Assembly (NCBI GenBank): GCA_963842525.1
Contig: CAWJGT010000009.1
Span: forward strand, 960,001-1,024,000
Reading direction: 5' to 3'
DNA from: an uncultured Holophagales bacterium
GTDB taxonomy: Bacteria; Acidobacteriota; Thermoanaerobaculia; Multivoradales; UBA5704
DNA: 64,000 nt
In this document: positions 1 to 9,945 of the stretch, in pieces
How positions within the stretch are numbered: position 1 is the first letter of the stretch
Layout: the number at the start of each line of letters is the position of its first letter
Program-made: the position numbers and the translations under genes
The notes under the pieces: model-generated
The model's database searches: none
Told to the model about the DNA's origin: nothing
Seen by the model: only the letters and a program-made list of their open reading frames with translations

Positions 1-3000
1 TGGCGCCCAGGGTGATGTTCCCCTTGAGCATCCCCTTCTCGAACGGCACCGTGCCGTGGACGGTGAAGGCGCCGTCGTCGTAGTCGACGTCGATGTTGGC
101 GGTGAGGCCGTGGAAGCCGATGATGGCGTTGCCGTGGGCCTTGACCACGTAGTCGGTGCCACCTTCGCGGGGCTTCATCGAGGCCTCGACCGAGCCGCCC
201 TTGACCAGCGGGATGTCGGAGGCGAGCTGGAGGTTGCCCATGGCCTCGATGCCGACGGCCGGGTTGTACTTGACCTCCAGCGAGGCCTTCTCGATACCCC
301 GCATGTCGGGCTCGACCGCGCCCTTGGCCTCCCAGAGGTCGCCGTCGATCAGCACCTCGACGGTGGCCGACTTGACGCCCTTGAGCTTGCCGGACTTGAC
401 GCCCAGCTTGCCCTTGCCGCCGAATTTCTCGTCGCGGTACCAGACCTCGAATTCGGCGGGCGAGAAGAGGTCGCTCTCGAGCTCGAGCTTGCCTTTGAGG
501 CCGAAGCCCTTGGAGGTGGAGCCGAGGCCGTGCAGGCTGCCGTGGCCGAGCTTCTCGACGTCGAAGAAGACGTCGCCGAGGACCTCGAAGCCCCGGGTGC
601 CGGCATTGACGGTGAGGCTCGCGTCGGTCACCTTGATCGGGCCGGGGAAGGAGTAGTCGCCGATGTCGAACGTCTTGCTCAGGTAGACGTCGTCGCCTTC
701 GATGACGATGTCGATCTCGACGTTCTTGGAGAACAGGGGGATGCTGGGCCTGAGCTTGCCGCGGGCGATGATCCCCTTTTCAGGATCGAGCTCGGCGTTG
801 TCGATGGTGATAGGGCTCAGCCCCTTGGCCTTGAGCACCTTGCTCACGGCGCGGGTGACGGCGGATTGGGGCACGAAGCCGCCCCAGTCCACGGCGTCGG
901 ACTCCTGGATGGGGAAGCTCAGGGCCACCTGCTCGATGATCTTGTTGTCCTTGAACGCCGTGCCGCTGAGCGAGCCGCCCTTGCTCTTGCTGTAGTCGAC
1001 CTGGTTGATCCGGAAGTTCTTGCCGAATGGGAGGCTCACCTTCTTCGACGTGACCTTCTTGCCCCAGTCGATGAAGCGCACGCCGCCGCCGGTCTCGCTG
1101 GTGTAGATGGCCAGCTTGTCCGGGTCTCCCTCCAGGCCCGCGGCCTCGATCTGCTTCTTGGTCAGGGCGCTCAGGACGTCGATCTGCTCGCCGGCCTGGA
1201 TCTGGGGGAGCGTCCACGTCTCGGGTGTGCCCTTGGGGGCCAGCCCGCCGACCACGCTTTCGACCTTGATGGTGTAGGAGCGGCGGACCGCCTCCGCCGT
1301 GGGGGGCTTCCTGGTCCACACCGGGCCCGTGGCGGCGTCGATGAGCTTCTGGATGCGGGCGTTGCGCTCCACCCGGATCTGCCGGCCGGACTCCTGGTTG
1401 GGGCCGGACTCCAGCAGCCACATGTTGCCGATCTCATGGGGGCCGCCGAGCTGCAGCTCGAGCTGGTGATCGACGTCATGGAACTTCCGCTGGCCGTCCT
1501 TGCCCCAGAACGGCCGCAGGGCGCGCTGGCGGATGGCCTCCTTGTCGCCGATGACGTAGTTCTTGTCTCCCTTGAGCTTGAGGAAATGGATGGGCTGACC
1601 CTGCTGGGTCGCGCGCGGTGACTTCTCCTTGGTCAGCTTGGTCTTCAGCTTCGATTCGAGCCCCGGGCCCTCCTTGGCCACCTTCTCCCAGACGGCCCGC
1701 TGGTCGTCCGGCCGCTTGTCGTCGGTCTTCTGGGGCAGGTCGAAGGGCGTCTTGGTGAACTTCTTCTTGAAGGTGGGGACCTTCATCTCGGGAATGGACG
1801 CCTTCTGGGTGCGGCGGTTGATGGTCCCCTCGGGGCCGATGTACTCGTCGGGGTCGGTCGACTTGTTCTTGCTCTTCCCCTTCGCCCGCTGCACCACCTG
1901 GCGCTGCACGGCGCCGCTCTGCTGCACCACGTGGGTGGCCTCGTGGGCCATCAGGCCGAGGTCGTTCTGCGACTCGCCGCTGGCAAGCCAGATGTCCTGG
2001 CCGTGGGTGAAGGCGCGGGCATTCAGGTCTTCGGCGGATTTCTGGGCGGAGCTGTCGGAGTGCACCCGCACGCCGCTGAGGTCGCTGCCCAGGCGGTCCT
2101 CCAGCACGGAGCGGGTGCCGGTATTCAGAGGCTCGCCGCCGCCTTTTCCCGAGATGGCCTGCTCGGCGGCGTTGGCCATGGACGGAGCCGGGGCCGCCGG
2201 AGCCCCACCGCCACCCCCGGCGCCCGCCGTATCGGCCTGGACCGGCTCCTCGTCCTTGTCGCCGCCAGCTTTCTGAACCGGCTTCTTCTCGTCCTTCGGC
2301 GCCTCTGCCTTCTGAACCGGCTTCGCCTTCTCGTCCTTGCCGTCCTTGGTGTCCTTGGCGTCCTTTTGAACCGCCTTCTCTTCAGGCTTCTTGGCGGGCT
2401 CAGCTTTCTGCACCGGCTTTTCCGGGGGCTTTTTCTCCGGCGCCTCGGCCTTCTGGAGGGCGGCCTTCTCGCGGTCCTTCTCCGGACCCACGGTGCGGGG
2501 CTTCTCGGAGGGCGGGCCCTTCAACATCTCCTCGACGGGGGACGCCGCCGCTTTCTGGACCGGCTTTTCCTCGGGCTTTTTCTCCGCGGCAGCCTGGATG
2601 GCTTCGGTCTCCGGCTCGTCCTCGGCCTTCTGGACCGGTTTCTCCTCGGGCTTTTTCGCCGGCTCGGCTGCGGCCTGGATGGCCTCGGGCTCGGGCTCCT
2701 CCTCGGCCTTCTGAACCGGCTTGTCGTCAGGCTTCTTCTCGGCTGCGGCGGCCTGAACGGCCTCGGCCTCGCCCTCGCCCTCGTCTTCCGCCTTCTGGAC
2801 CGGCTTGTCCTCAGGCTTCTTGGCCGGCTCGGCGGCGGCTGCCTGGACCGGCTCGTCCTCTTCGGCCTTCTGGACAGGCTCTTCGTCCTCGGCCTTCTGG
2901 ACGGGCTTCTCCTCGGGCTTCTTCTCCGGGGCTGCCGCGCTCTGGACCTCGTCCTCGCCTTCGTCCATGGCCCGCTGCACGGCCCAGCGCTGGGCTCCTC

Positions 3001-3289
3001 CCCCCATGCTGCCGGGCGCGATGCTGGAAATGGCTGGCGCGTCGAGGCCGGAGGTGACGCGCTGGGCGACCGACTCGGCCTCCTGCTCGTAGCGGTCGCC
3101 GGGCTGGCCGAGGACCGGCTTGCGCTGCACGCCGGCACCCCCACCGCCAAGGCCGATCATCGGGCCCTCGGCGAAGTGCGGCCCGCGGGCGGCCGCGGAC
3201 TGCCGTGCCGCGGCGGCAGGGGCCGGCCCGGCGCCTTCGCCTCCGGAAGCGCCCGGCTTTCCTTTGGACTTGCCGCGGCTATGGCTCAT
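1..3289 (-). CDS. Large DUF4157 (eCIS core domain) protein with (P/A)VQK acidic repeats, an HNH-like nuclease motif and a beta-rich region; 3' end lies outside the window
   Basis: Missing from the ORF track, presumably because it runs off the edge; translated by hand from ATG 3289, which overlaps the ATPase stop (ATGA). Contains QPGDRYEQEAESVAQRV, about 20 VQK/VQA/IQA units, DLSGVRVHSD..ARAFTHGQDI..LMAHEATHVVQQ (DUF4157, HExxH) and DVDHQLELQLGGPHEIGNMWLLESGPN. Confidence 0.85.
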   Translation of the reverse strand, partial: MSHSRGKSKGKPGASGGEGAGPAPAAAARQSAAARGPHFAEGPMIGLGGGGAGVQRKPVLGQPGDRYEQEAESVAQRVTSGLDAPAISSIAPGSMGGGAQRWAVQRAMDEGEDEVQSAAAPEKKPEEKPVQKAEDEEPVQKAEEDEPVQAAAAEPAKKPEDKPVQKAEDEGEGEAEAVQAAAAEKKPDDKPVQKAEEEPEPEAIQAAAEPAKKPEEKPVQKAEDEPETEAIQAAAEKKPEEKPVQKAAASPVEEMLKGPPSEKPRTVGPEKDREKAALQKAEAPEKKPPEKPVQKAEPAKKPEEKAVQKDAKDTKDGKDEKAKPVQKAEAPKDEKKPVQKAGGDKDEEPVQADTAGAGGGGGAPAAPAPSMANAAEQAISGKGGGEPLNTGTRSVLEDRLGSDLSGVRVHSDSSAQKSAEDLNARAFTHGQDIWLASGESQNDLGLMAHEATHVVQQSGAVQRQVVQRAKGKSKNKSTDPDEYIGPEGTINRRTQKASIPEMKVPTFKKKFTKTPFDLPQKTDDKRPDDQRAVWEKVAKEGPGLESKLKTKLTKEKSPRATQQGQPIHFLKLKGDKNYVIGDKEAIRQRALRPFWGKDGQRKFHDVDHQLELQLGGPHEIGNMWLLESGPNQESGRQIRVERNARIQKLIDAATGPVWTRKPPTAEAVRRSYTIKVESVVGGLAPKGTPETWTLPQIQAGEQIDVLSALTKKQIEAAGLEGDPDKLAIYTSETGGGVRFIDWGKKVTSKKVSLPFGKNFRINQVDYSKSKGGSLSGTAFKDNKIIEQVALSFPIQESDAVDWGGFVPQSAVTRAVSKVLKAKGLSPITIDNAELDPEKGIIARGKLRPSIPLFSKNVEIDIVIEGDDVYLSKTFDIGDYSFPGPIKVTDASLTVNAGTRGFEVLGDVFFDVEKLGHGSLHGLGSTSKGFGLKGKLELESDLFSPAEFEVWYRDEKFGGKGKLGVKSGKLKGVKSATVEVLIDGDLWEAKGAVEPDMRGIEKASLEVKYNPAVGIEAMGNLQLASDIPLVKGGSVEASMKPREGGTDYVVKAHGNAIIGFHGLTANIDVDYDDGAFTVHGTVPFEKGMLKGNITLGA
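2240..2990 (-). repeat. Coding low-complexity repeat (KKPEEKPVQKAE-type units) in the DUF4157 protein
   Basis: Recurrent ggccttctggaccggctt-like units on the + strand, translating to PVQKAE/VQAAA on the minus strand. Confidence 0.85.
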
Positions 3290-5410
3290 GACAGGGCGTC
3301 CAGGAAGGCCTCCATGCCACCGCGCCGGTCCATCCGCGGGCGATCGGTGAGCGGGCAGGCGGCGCCCGCCTTGCGGTATTCGGAGCGCACCGCCTGCTCC
3401 ACGTGGCGGCCGTCGACCGCTACGCCCTCGTCGAGCGCCAGCAGTGCGGCGTGCAGCGCGGCATTGCGGATCTGGCCGCCGGTCAGGGCGCAGCGCAGGG
3501 CCACGTCCTCCAGGGTGCCGGGGTCGCACGAGCGGTCCTGGGGCAGGTGGATCTGCCAGATCTGCCAGCGCTCCTCGGCTTCCGGCGGCAGGAACTCGAC
3601 CACCGCGTCCATGCGGCGCTGGAAGGAGCGGTCGATGCGCTCGCCGGCATTGGTGGTGATGACGACGATGCCCTGGAAGGTCTCCAGGCGCTGCAGCAGG
3701 TAGTTGGTCTCCAGGTTGGCGTAGCGGTCGTTGGCGCTGCGTACGTCCGTACGGTTGCCGAGCAGGGCGTCGCCCTCGTCGAGGAGCAGCACCACGTCGA
3801 GCTCCTCGGCCCGGGCGAGGACGCGGTGGAGGTTCTTCTCGGTCTCGCCGACGTACTTGTCCACCACGGCCGCGAGGTCGACCCGGTAGAGGTCGCGCTC
3901 CAATTCGGTCGCCAGGATGCGGGCGGCCAGGGTCTTGCCGGTGCCGCTGGGGCCGGTGAAGAGGGCGCGGACGCCACGGTGGGGACCGTTGCCGAAAGCG
4001 GGCCCCAGGCCGTCGGCCAGCGCCTCGCGGTGGCGGCAGCGCCGGCCGAGGTCGTGCAGGCGCGAAAGAGTGGGGCCGGAGGTCACCAGCGTGTCCCAGG
4101 AGCTGCCGGTCTCCAGGCGGCTGGCCAGGGTGTCCAGCTCCTGGCGGTTGAGCGTGCGGCACGCCTCGCGCACATCGGCCGGCCGTACCTCGCCGCGGCC
4201 GTCCAGGGCCGCCTGGGCGCGGGCGATGCCGGCGGCTCGCCGGATGTGCCCTTCGGGAAGATGAAAGCCGGCGGCGATCTCGTCCAAGCCTTCCACCGGA
4301 TGCCCGGCCAGCGACTCCTCCCAGCAGCGCCGGCGCTCGTCGCGGCGCGGCGCCGGCAAAATGAAAGTGACCGCGCGCTCCAGGGCCGGCCCGGAGAGGC
4401 CGCCTTCGAAGCCGAGGGCCACACCCACGGAGCCGGTATAGCCGGGCAGCTCCGGCACCGCGGCGGTCTGACCGGGCGGCAGGTCGAAGGTGAAGACCGG
4501 CAGCGACCGGGTAGCGACGCAGAGCGGACCGAGCAGGCGCCGGGCCGCCTCGGGAATCTTGCCTTCCTGGGCCTCCACCTCCAGGACACCGCGCCCGAGC
4601 GCGGCGGCAACGGCCCCGAGCACGCGCACACGGTCGCTGCCGCGCAGGCCGCGCGCCACGGCGGCGCCTGCCTCTCCCGAGGCGAGCAGGCCGGGGAGAT
4701 GGCGCAGGCGCGCCAGCAGGGGAGGCGGCAGGACCAGGCCGTCCACGCCGGGGAAGCTCGCCGCGGGGTGCAGCCGGCAGCCGGCCGGCATTTCGGGTGT
4801 CACGTCGCCGCGCACCGCGTCCCACACCGGCGGCGGCACGCGCAGCACCCATTCGGAGCGCGGCGCGCGCTCGTCCAGAGGCTGGAGCAGGCCGGCCTGG
4901 AGGAGCGGCCGGCAGAGCGACCAGGGGTCGGACTCGCGGCCGGGCCGGGGGCCGCCGAGCATGAGCCGGCCCACCAGCTCGACGCACGGCCGCCGTTCGG
5001 CGAGCGGCGCCTGGAGCTCGGCGAAGAGGGCGCCGAAGCGCGGGTCTTCCTCCACCAGGCCTGCGGTCAGGAGCGCCAGCCGGCCGGCGAAGCCTGCACC
5101 AGCGGCCTCGGCCAGCGCGGCGAGAGGCAGGTGGATAGTCCGCGGCCTTCTCCCACGCCAGAACCTCGGCCTCCCACCAGCCGAGGGCGCCGTCCCAGCC
5201 CAGGCCCTCGGGGAGGAGCGGGCGCATCTCCTCGTAATAGCCACCCAGGAAGGGATAGCGGCGCAGCACGCCCTCCAGCCCCGCGGGGCTCGCGCCCGCC
5301 GCGCGCAGGGAATGGAAGAGCCGGTAGAGGGCGGCATACAGGCAGAGCCGGAAATGGGAGGCCGCGGTCCGTGGCAGGTCGGCGAAGGCGGAGGATTCGG
5401 TGGCGCTCAC
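3286..5410 (-). CDS. eCIS AAA+ ATPase (Afp15/Pvc15-like); frameshift near 5135
   Basis: Walker A GPSGTGKT, VDKYVGETEKNL, Walker B LLLDEGDALLG, ANDRYANLETNYLLQRLE. The plausible N-terminus (GTG 5410 after GGAG; MSATESSAFADLPRTAASHFRL) is in another frame and joins at about HLPLAAL. Confidence 0.88.
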
Positions 5411-5420
5411 GGGCGGGCTC

Positions 5421-7610
5421 CTAGTGGAAGTGGAACTGGACGACACGGCCGAACGCCGGGAGCCACCCCGGATCGCGGTCGAGCCCGGAGACACGGACCG
5501 GCATGGAGATGCTCGCGAGGTCCAGGACCACGTCCACGTGCGTGGTGGTGACATGGACGCGGCCGGGCCGCAGCAGCAGGAGCGGCGGCAGCTCCTCCGG
5601 CCGCGCAGGGTCGAGCCCCAGGCCCTGGGCCAGGCGCAGGCGGAGATAGGGGAGAGCGAGGGCCGTCCAGCGAGCGAGCCCGCCGTGCACGAGCCCGTGC
5701 TGCTGCGACTCGACCCCGTGCGGCTGCCGCTCACCCTTGTTTCGCAGCAAATCGACCTCGCCGCGATGCAAATCAGCCTCGATTCGCATCGCCGCGAGCC
5801 CGCTTTGATGCGAACCAGGCTCGTGCGGCTGCCACTCGACCCCGTGTGGCAGCGGCGCGACCCCGAGCGGCCCGCGCACGACCCCGCGCGGCAGCGGCGC
5901 GCCCTCGTGTGGCAGCGGCACGACCGTGTGCGGCAGCGGCACGAGCGTGTGCAGCAGCGGCAGCACCTCCATTTGCATCACAGCGGCCTCGTGCAGCACG
6001 GGCCAGGAGGCCGGCGGGCGCAGCTCATGGGTACCCGTATAGCCACGGCCGGGAGGCTCGTCGGGCTCCCGGCCGGCAAGCACCGCCAGCACGCGCCAGA
6101 CAGGGTCCGCCGCGAGATGGCCTGCCTCACCGAGGAGGCCGCGGGCGATCGCCTCCAGGACGCCCCAGGCCCCGACCCGGCTCGCGAGACGCCAGTCCTC
6201 CTCGAAGCAGTCGGGGAGGTCGAGCGACGTCATGAGGTTGATCAGGTAGAAGATACCGGCGACCTCGGTGGCGACGCCGTCCTCGAAGAGGAGGGATGGG
6301 GGTTCCTCGAACGCCTCGATCTCGTTGTCTACGGCAGGCTCATCCGTGCTGGCCTGCACCTGCTCTGCTGCCGAGAGGGGCTCGGGCATGGGCGCCGCCC
6401 TACCGACCTCCCCATCCGTTGCATCCCCCACTGTAGAGACGCCCCGTGGGGCGTCTCCGAAGCGGCGAGATCCTTCCGAAGGCCGCTGCGGATGCGCGGT
6501 CGCCTCGATGGCGTCCGGATCGGTTCGTCTATCCCCGGCGCCCGATCGGTCCTGTGGTTCATCGGGACGGCCTTGCCGCCGCGGAGACGCCCCACGGGGC
6601 GTCTCTACAGTGGGTGGTGGCGCCCCCTCTCCCGGGGGATGGGAGTGCGGATGGGAGAGGGGGTCGGGGGGTGAGGGCTCCGCGCTGCGCACGCGGCCTG
6701 GTGGTGACCGCCGGGGCCCCCCAACCTTATTTATATAGGGCGCCGGCCACTCCAGCGGCGCCCCCCCCTCCCACCACTCCCGCAGCTCCGTGGCAAAGAC
6801 GGCGCTTCGTGCCCTTGCCGGCTCCTCGAAGAGGGCCAGGGAGACGGCGAGGAGGACCCTCTGTGCCGGGGCGAGCCGGGCGGCGTCCGGGATCTCGCGG
6901 AGACGCTTCTGCCACGCTGGTTGGGGAGAGGTGGCAGAGAACGTCTGTGGCTTGGCGGATGCCACGATGGGATCCGGGGCCGTTTTACCCGCCCGACCCC
7001 CGGCGGGCGGGACGCCCGCGGTCCCAGGGGAGAGATCCGGAGCTCCGTAGGTCTGGGCGACGGTTTCGAGGATCGATAGGGCTTCGGCCTCGGAGAGAGG
7101 CTTGCAGACCTCGACGGCGCGTCCCTGCCTCGCAAGCTGATGGAGGAGGGCGGGCACGTGCGTGGGCTCGGCGGCGAGGAGCCTTGGGAGGTCCCTGGCA
7201 CCTCGGCGGCGCAGGACCTGGCTCCACCACCAGCAGCCGACGGCATTGCCGCGGGCGAGGTCGAGGGCCAGGCAGGCGAGCATCTCGGCCTCGTCGGCGA
7301 AGAGGACGGCCTCGGCGTCCGGCGGCACCGGGCCGTGGGCTGGACGGGCGGCGCGCCGGCAGAAGGTGTCGAGGGCGGTGCGGGCCGCCCGCTCCCAGGT
7401 GGGATCGGGCAGGGCCGGCCCGTTGCTCGGGAGCTTCCCGGGCAGCGGGTCGGCCATGCGGCGGACGATGAGCATGGCGGACGGCGGCAGCTCGGCGGGG
7501 TGCAGATCCGCGCTCCCCAGCCAGGCGCCCGCGGCGAGGCGGACCGCCGGCGTGTCGCCGGCGGCCGATCGCACCCGGAGCGTCCCTACCTCGGCCGTGC
7601 CTGCCACCAT
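5421..7610 (-). CDS. eCIS tape-measure-like protein with in-frame repeat insertions
   Basis: ATG 7610 lies just after the upstream stop. The C-terminus RPGRVHVTTTHVDVVLDL..VRVSGLDRDPGWLPAFGRVVQFHF resembles the CIS tape-measure family C-terminus. Adjacent to the ATPase. Confidence 0.65.
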   Translation of the reverse strand: MVAGTAEVGTLRVRSAAGDTPAVRLAAGAWLGSADLHPAELPPSAMLIVRRMADPLPGKLPSNGPALPDPTWERAARTALDTFCRRAARPAHGPVPPDAEAVLFADEAEMLACLALDLARGNAVGCWWWSQVLRRRGARDLPRLLAAEPTHVPALLHQLARQGRAVEVCKPLSEAEALSILETVAQTYGAPDLSPGTAGVPPAGGRAGKTAPDPIVASAKPQTFSATSPQPAWQKRLREIPDAARLAPAQRVLLAVSLALFEEPARARSAVFATELREWWEGGAPLEWPAPYINKVGGPRRSPPGRVRSAEPSPPDPLSHPHSHPPGEGAPPPTVETPRGASPRRQGRPDEPQDRSGAGDRRTDPDAIEATAHPQRPSEGSRRFGDAPRGVSTVGDATDGEVGRAAPMPEPLSAAEQVQASTDEPAVDNEIEAFEEPPSLLFEDGVATEVAGIFYLINLMTSLDLPDCFEEDWRLASRVGAWGVLEAIARGLLGEAGHLAADPVWRVLAVLAGREPDEPPGRGYTGTHELRPPASWPVLHEAAVMQMEVLPLLHTLVPLPHTVVPLPHEGAPLPRGVVRGPLGVAPLPHGVEWQPHEPGSHQSGLAAMRIEADLHRGEVDLLRNKGERQPHGVESQQHGLVHGGLARWTALALPYLRLRLAQGLGLDPARPEELPPLLLLRPGRVHVTTTHVDVVLDLASISMPVRVSGLDRDPGWLPAFGRVVQFHFH
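5690..6000. repeat. Degenerate 21-bp-period repeat tract, in-frame in the tape-measure-like gene
   Basis: gcagcggc recurs every 21 nt around 5890-5960, giving heptads VPLPHT/VVPLPHE/GAPLPRG/VAPLPHG. Confidence 0.7.
6427..6614. repeat. GTAG-type REP doublet (REPIN-like): perfect 33-bp inverted repeat
   Basis: CCCACTGTAGAGACGCCCCGTGGGGCGTCTCCG at 6427-6459 and its exact reverse complement at 6582-6614; each arm is itself a hairpin preceded by GTAG. Confidence 0.85.
6623..6682. repeat. About 58-bp palindromic element, family A, copy 1 (in-frame)
   Basis: CCCCTCTCCC..GGGAGTGCGGATGGGAGAGGGG..GGGGGTGAGGG; nearly identical to 38685-38742. Confidence 0.85.
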
Positions 7611-7614
7611 GCGC

Positions 7615-9915
7615 TCAGGGCCTCCAGCGCAGCCCCAGGAGGAGGGTCGAGAAGTCGATGTCCGGGCTGGCGAAGACGCGGTGGAAGTTGTAGCCGAGCT
7701 CCACCCCGAAGCCGGAGGGGAACATGTGCAGCACCCCGAAGCCGGCATTGGCCCCGGAGTCGCTCCCGCCGGGGTCGACGTCGTAGGAGCCGACGCCCCC
7801 GTTCACGAAGGGCTGCCAGAAGCCGCCCGGGAAGAAGAGCTTGGCGTTGACCGAAAGCTGATCGATCTCCGGGTCCGGCAGATCCTCCACCCCCGCGAAT
7901 TCGTGGTGGCCGTAGAGCAGCTCCAGGGTGACGCGGTCGGTGAGCCGGAATTCGAGGTCCACCATCCAGCTCAGGTCGCCGTCCGCGATATCGGCGAGGT
8001 CGCCGTGCGGCTCGTTGATGCCGGCGTGGAGGCTGAAGCCGAAGCGGCCGGTGCCGCCCGTACCGGTGGTGCCGGTGCGGCCGCCGATCCGGGCTACGGC
8101 CGTGACCTTGCGGACCTCGCCGGGCTTGAACCGCTGGGGCTTGGTGTCCAGGGCGAGCTCGACCCCTTCCAGGCCGGGCGGTATGTGGGCGTCCAGTTGC
8201 AGGAAGATCGTCTTCTCTTCGCGGGTGGGATTGCCCACCTCGAACTGGAAGCGGATCTCTCCCTGCTGCTGGAGCACGCCGACGGGGATGAGTTGGACGA
8301 TGCCGCCGATCTCTTCGTGGAAGTTGTAGGGAGGCTTGTCCGAGGGCGGCTGGCCGGTCCCGAAGCCTCGCACCTGGATGATGAGGTGGTCGCGGCCGAG
8401 CTTTTCGAGATCGGCCGGCGGCAGCAATACGTGTCCTCCCGGGTCCCGCACGACCGGCGGGTCCTGCTCGCCGCCCGGCTCCTCGCGCTGCAGGGGGGCG
8501 AAGAGCAGAGGCGCGGAGAGCGAGGCGGTCCGGACCTCCGGGCGTGGCAGGTCGGGCTGCCGGTCCAGCAGGGCCACCTGGCAGGCCGCGTCGGGGCAGA
8601 CCGCGGACTCGGCGAGCCGCGAGATGTTCTGCTGCGCCGAATGATGGCCGCTCAACCCGTAGACGTCCGACATCTGCGTGAGCTGCGCGTCGGTGGTGAT
8701 GGCCAGGATGTCGGCCTCGTCGAAGTCGGGCTTGAACGCCGGTGGCAGCACGTAGACCCGGATGCAGGGGTGACCGGTCAGCCCGATCAGGCCGGCCGTC
8801 GTCTCGATCGATTTGAGGCAGGTCCGCGCGCTCGCCGGCAGGCTGACGTTCTTGCGCAGCTCCACCACGGTCCAGTCCGGGACGCCGATGCCATAGCGGC
8901 CGCGCAGGAAGAGGAGGTTGCGGGTCTGGGGCGAGGAGCTGCTGTTGTTGAAGCACCCCTCCACCCGGAGCCTGCAGGGGTCGGCCGGGTAGTAGGAGTT
9001 GTCCTGCACGTTGCAGCGGTACGCGTCCACGTCGTTGCTGATCCAGTAGGCGGGGACGTGCGACAGCCAGACGTCGGGGGGCGGCGTGGTTACATAGCCC
9101 GTGGCCCACGTGTCGGGGATCGACCAGCCGTCCTGGCAGCCGTTGACCGGGTTGTCGGCATTGGTGACCGGCAGGTTGTTGGGGATGCTGGCGCCGTAGC
9201 CGTCGCACACCCCCGACACGCAGGTGCCGAAGTCGTTGACCACTGCCAGGGCCGCGCCCACGTCCCCCGCCGGGTTGCCGAGCAGGGCGAGGGGGATCTC
9301 GACCTCCACGGTGTAGCGCGTCGGAGCGGAGAGCTGGCGCACGGCGACCGTGGGCGTCTGCGCGGCGGGCAGCCCGGCGGTGATGTCGTTCCAGACCGGG
9401 TGGCCGCAGAAGCCCGGGTCTCCGGAGCCGTCGAAGACCGTCACCTGGACGTTTTCCAACTCCAGGTCGGCATCGAGCTGCTCCCAGCGGTGGACGATCT
9501 GGACCTTGTAGTCCTTGGCGACGTCGGCTCCCGCCCCGGCCAGGACCCCGCCACCGCTCAGGTTGGCGTCGAACTGGAAGGCGATCCGTTCACCGTTGAG
9601 CAGGAGCCCGCCGCCGAACTCGGTGCTGGTGTCGTTGACCTCGAGGAAGAAACCGAGGTAGTTGACGCCGGTCCTGGTATAGCGCTTGCTGAAGACGGTG
9701 ATGTCCTTGGACACGCCGTCCTCGTCCAGCAGCGTCTCGAAGCAGGGGCTGGCGGAGGTGAGCTGCGACGCGTCGTTCCACTCCGCTCCCTGGACGCCGT
9801 CGACGGTCACCGCGGTCCCGGTCTGCAGGCCGATCGGACAGGGGGAGGTGGCGGCCAGCGGTGGGGCCAGGGCGAGCAGGAGCGCCACGGCCGGGAGGAC
9901 AGATCGGGATCTCAT
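7615..9915 (-). CDS. Exported Cys-containing protein with a C-terminal outer-membrane beta-barrel
   Basis: Signal peptide MRSRSVLPAVALLLALAPPLAA; TVDG..EWNDA (DOMON/CBM9-like start); paired Cys; last ~145 aa are amphipathic strands (WQPFVNGGVGSY, VELGYNFHRV, LLLGLRWRP). AGGAG RBS. Confidence 0.7.
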   Translation of the reverse strand: MRSRSVLPAVALLLALAPPLAATSPCPIGLQTGTAVTVDGVQGAEWNDASQLTSASPCFETLLDEDGVSKDITVFSKRYTRTGVNYLGFFLEVNDTSTEFGGGLLLNGERIAFQFDANLSGGGVLAGAGADVAKDYKVQIVHRWEQLDADLELENVQVTVFDGSGDPGFCGHPVWNDITAGLPAAQTPTVAVRQLSAPTRYTVEVEIPLALLGNPAGDVGAALAVVNDFGTCVSGVCDGYGASIPNNLPVTNADNPVNGCQDGWSIPDTWATGYVTTPPPDVWLSHVPAYWISNDVDAYRCNVQDNSYYPADPCRLRVEGCFNNSSSSPQTRNLLFLRGRYGIGVPDWTVVELRKNVSLPASARTCLKSIETTAGLIGLTGHPCIRVYVLPPAFKPDFDEADILAITTDAQLTQMSDVYGLSGHHSAQQNISRLAESAVCPDAACQVALLDRQPDLPRPEVRTASLSAPLLFAPLQREEPGGEQDPPVVRDPGGHVLLPPADLEKLGRDHLIIQVRGFGTGQPPSDKPPYNFHEEIGGIVQLIPVGVLQQQGEIRFQFEVGNPTREEKTIFLQLDAHIPPGLEGVELALDTKPQRFKPGEVRKVTAVARIGGRTGTTGTGGTGRFGFSLHAGINEPHGDLADIADGDLSWMVDLEFRLTDRVTLELLYGHHEFAGVEDLPDPEIDQLSVNAKLFFPGGFWQPFVNGGVGSYDVDPGGSDSGANAGFGVLHMFPSGFGVELGYNFHRVFASPDIDFSTLLLGLRWRP

Positions 9916-9945
9916 CGTTCTTCTCCTCTTTTCGGGTGCCCCATG

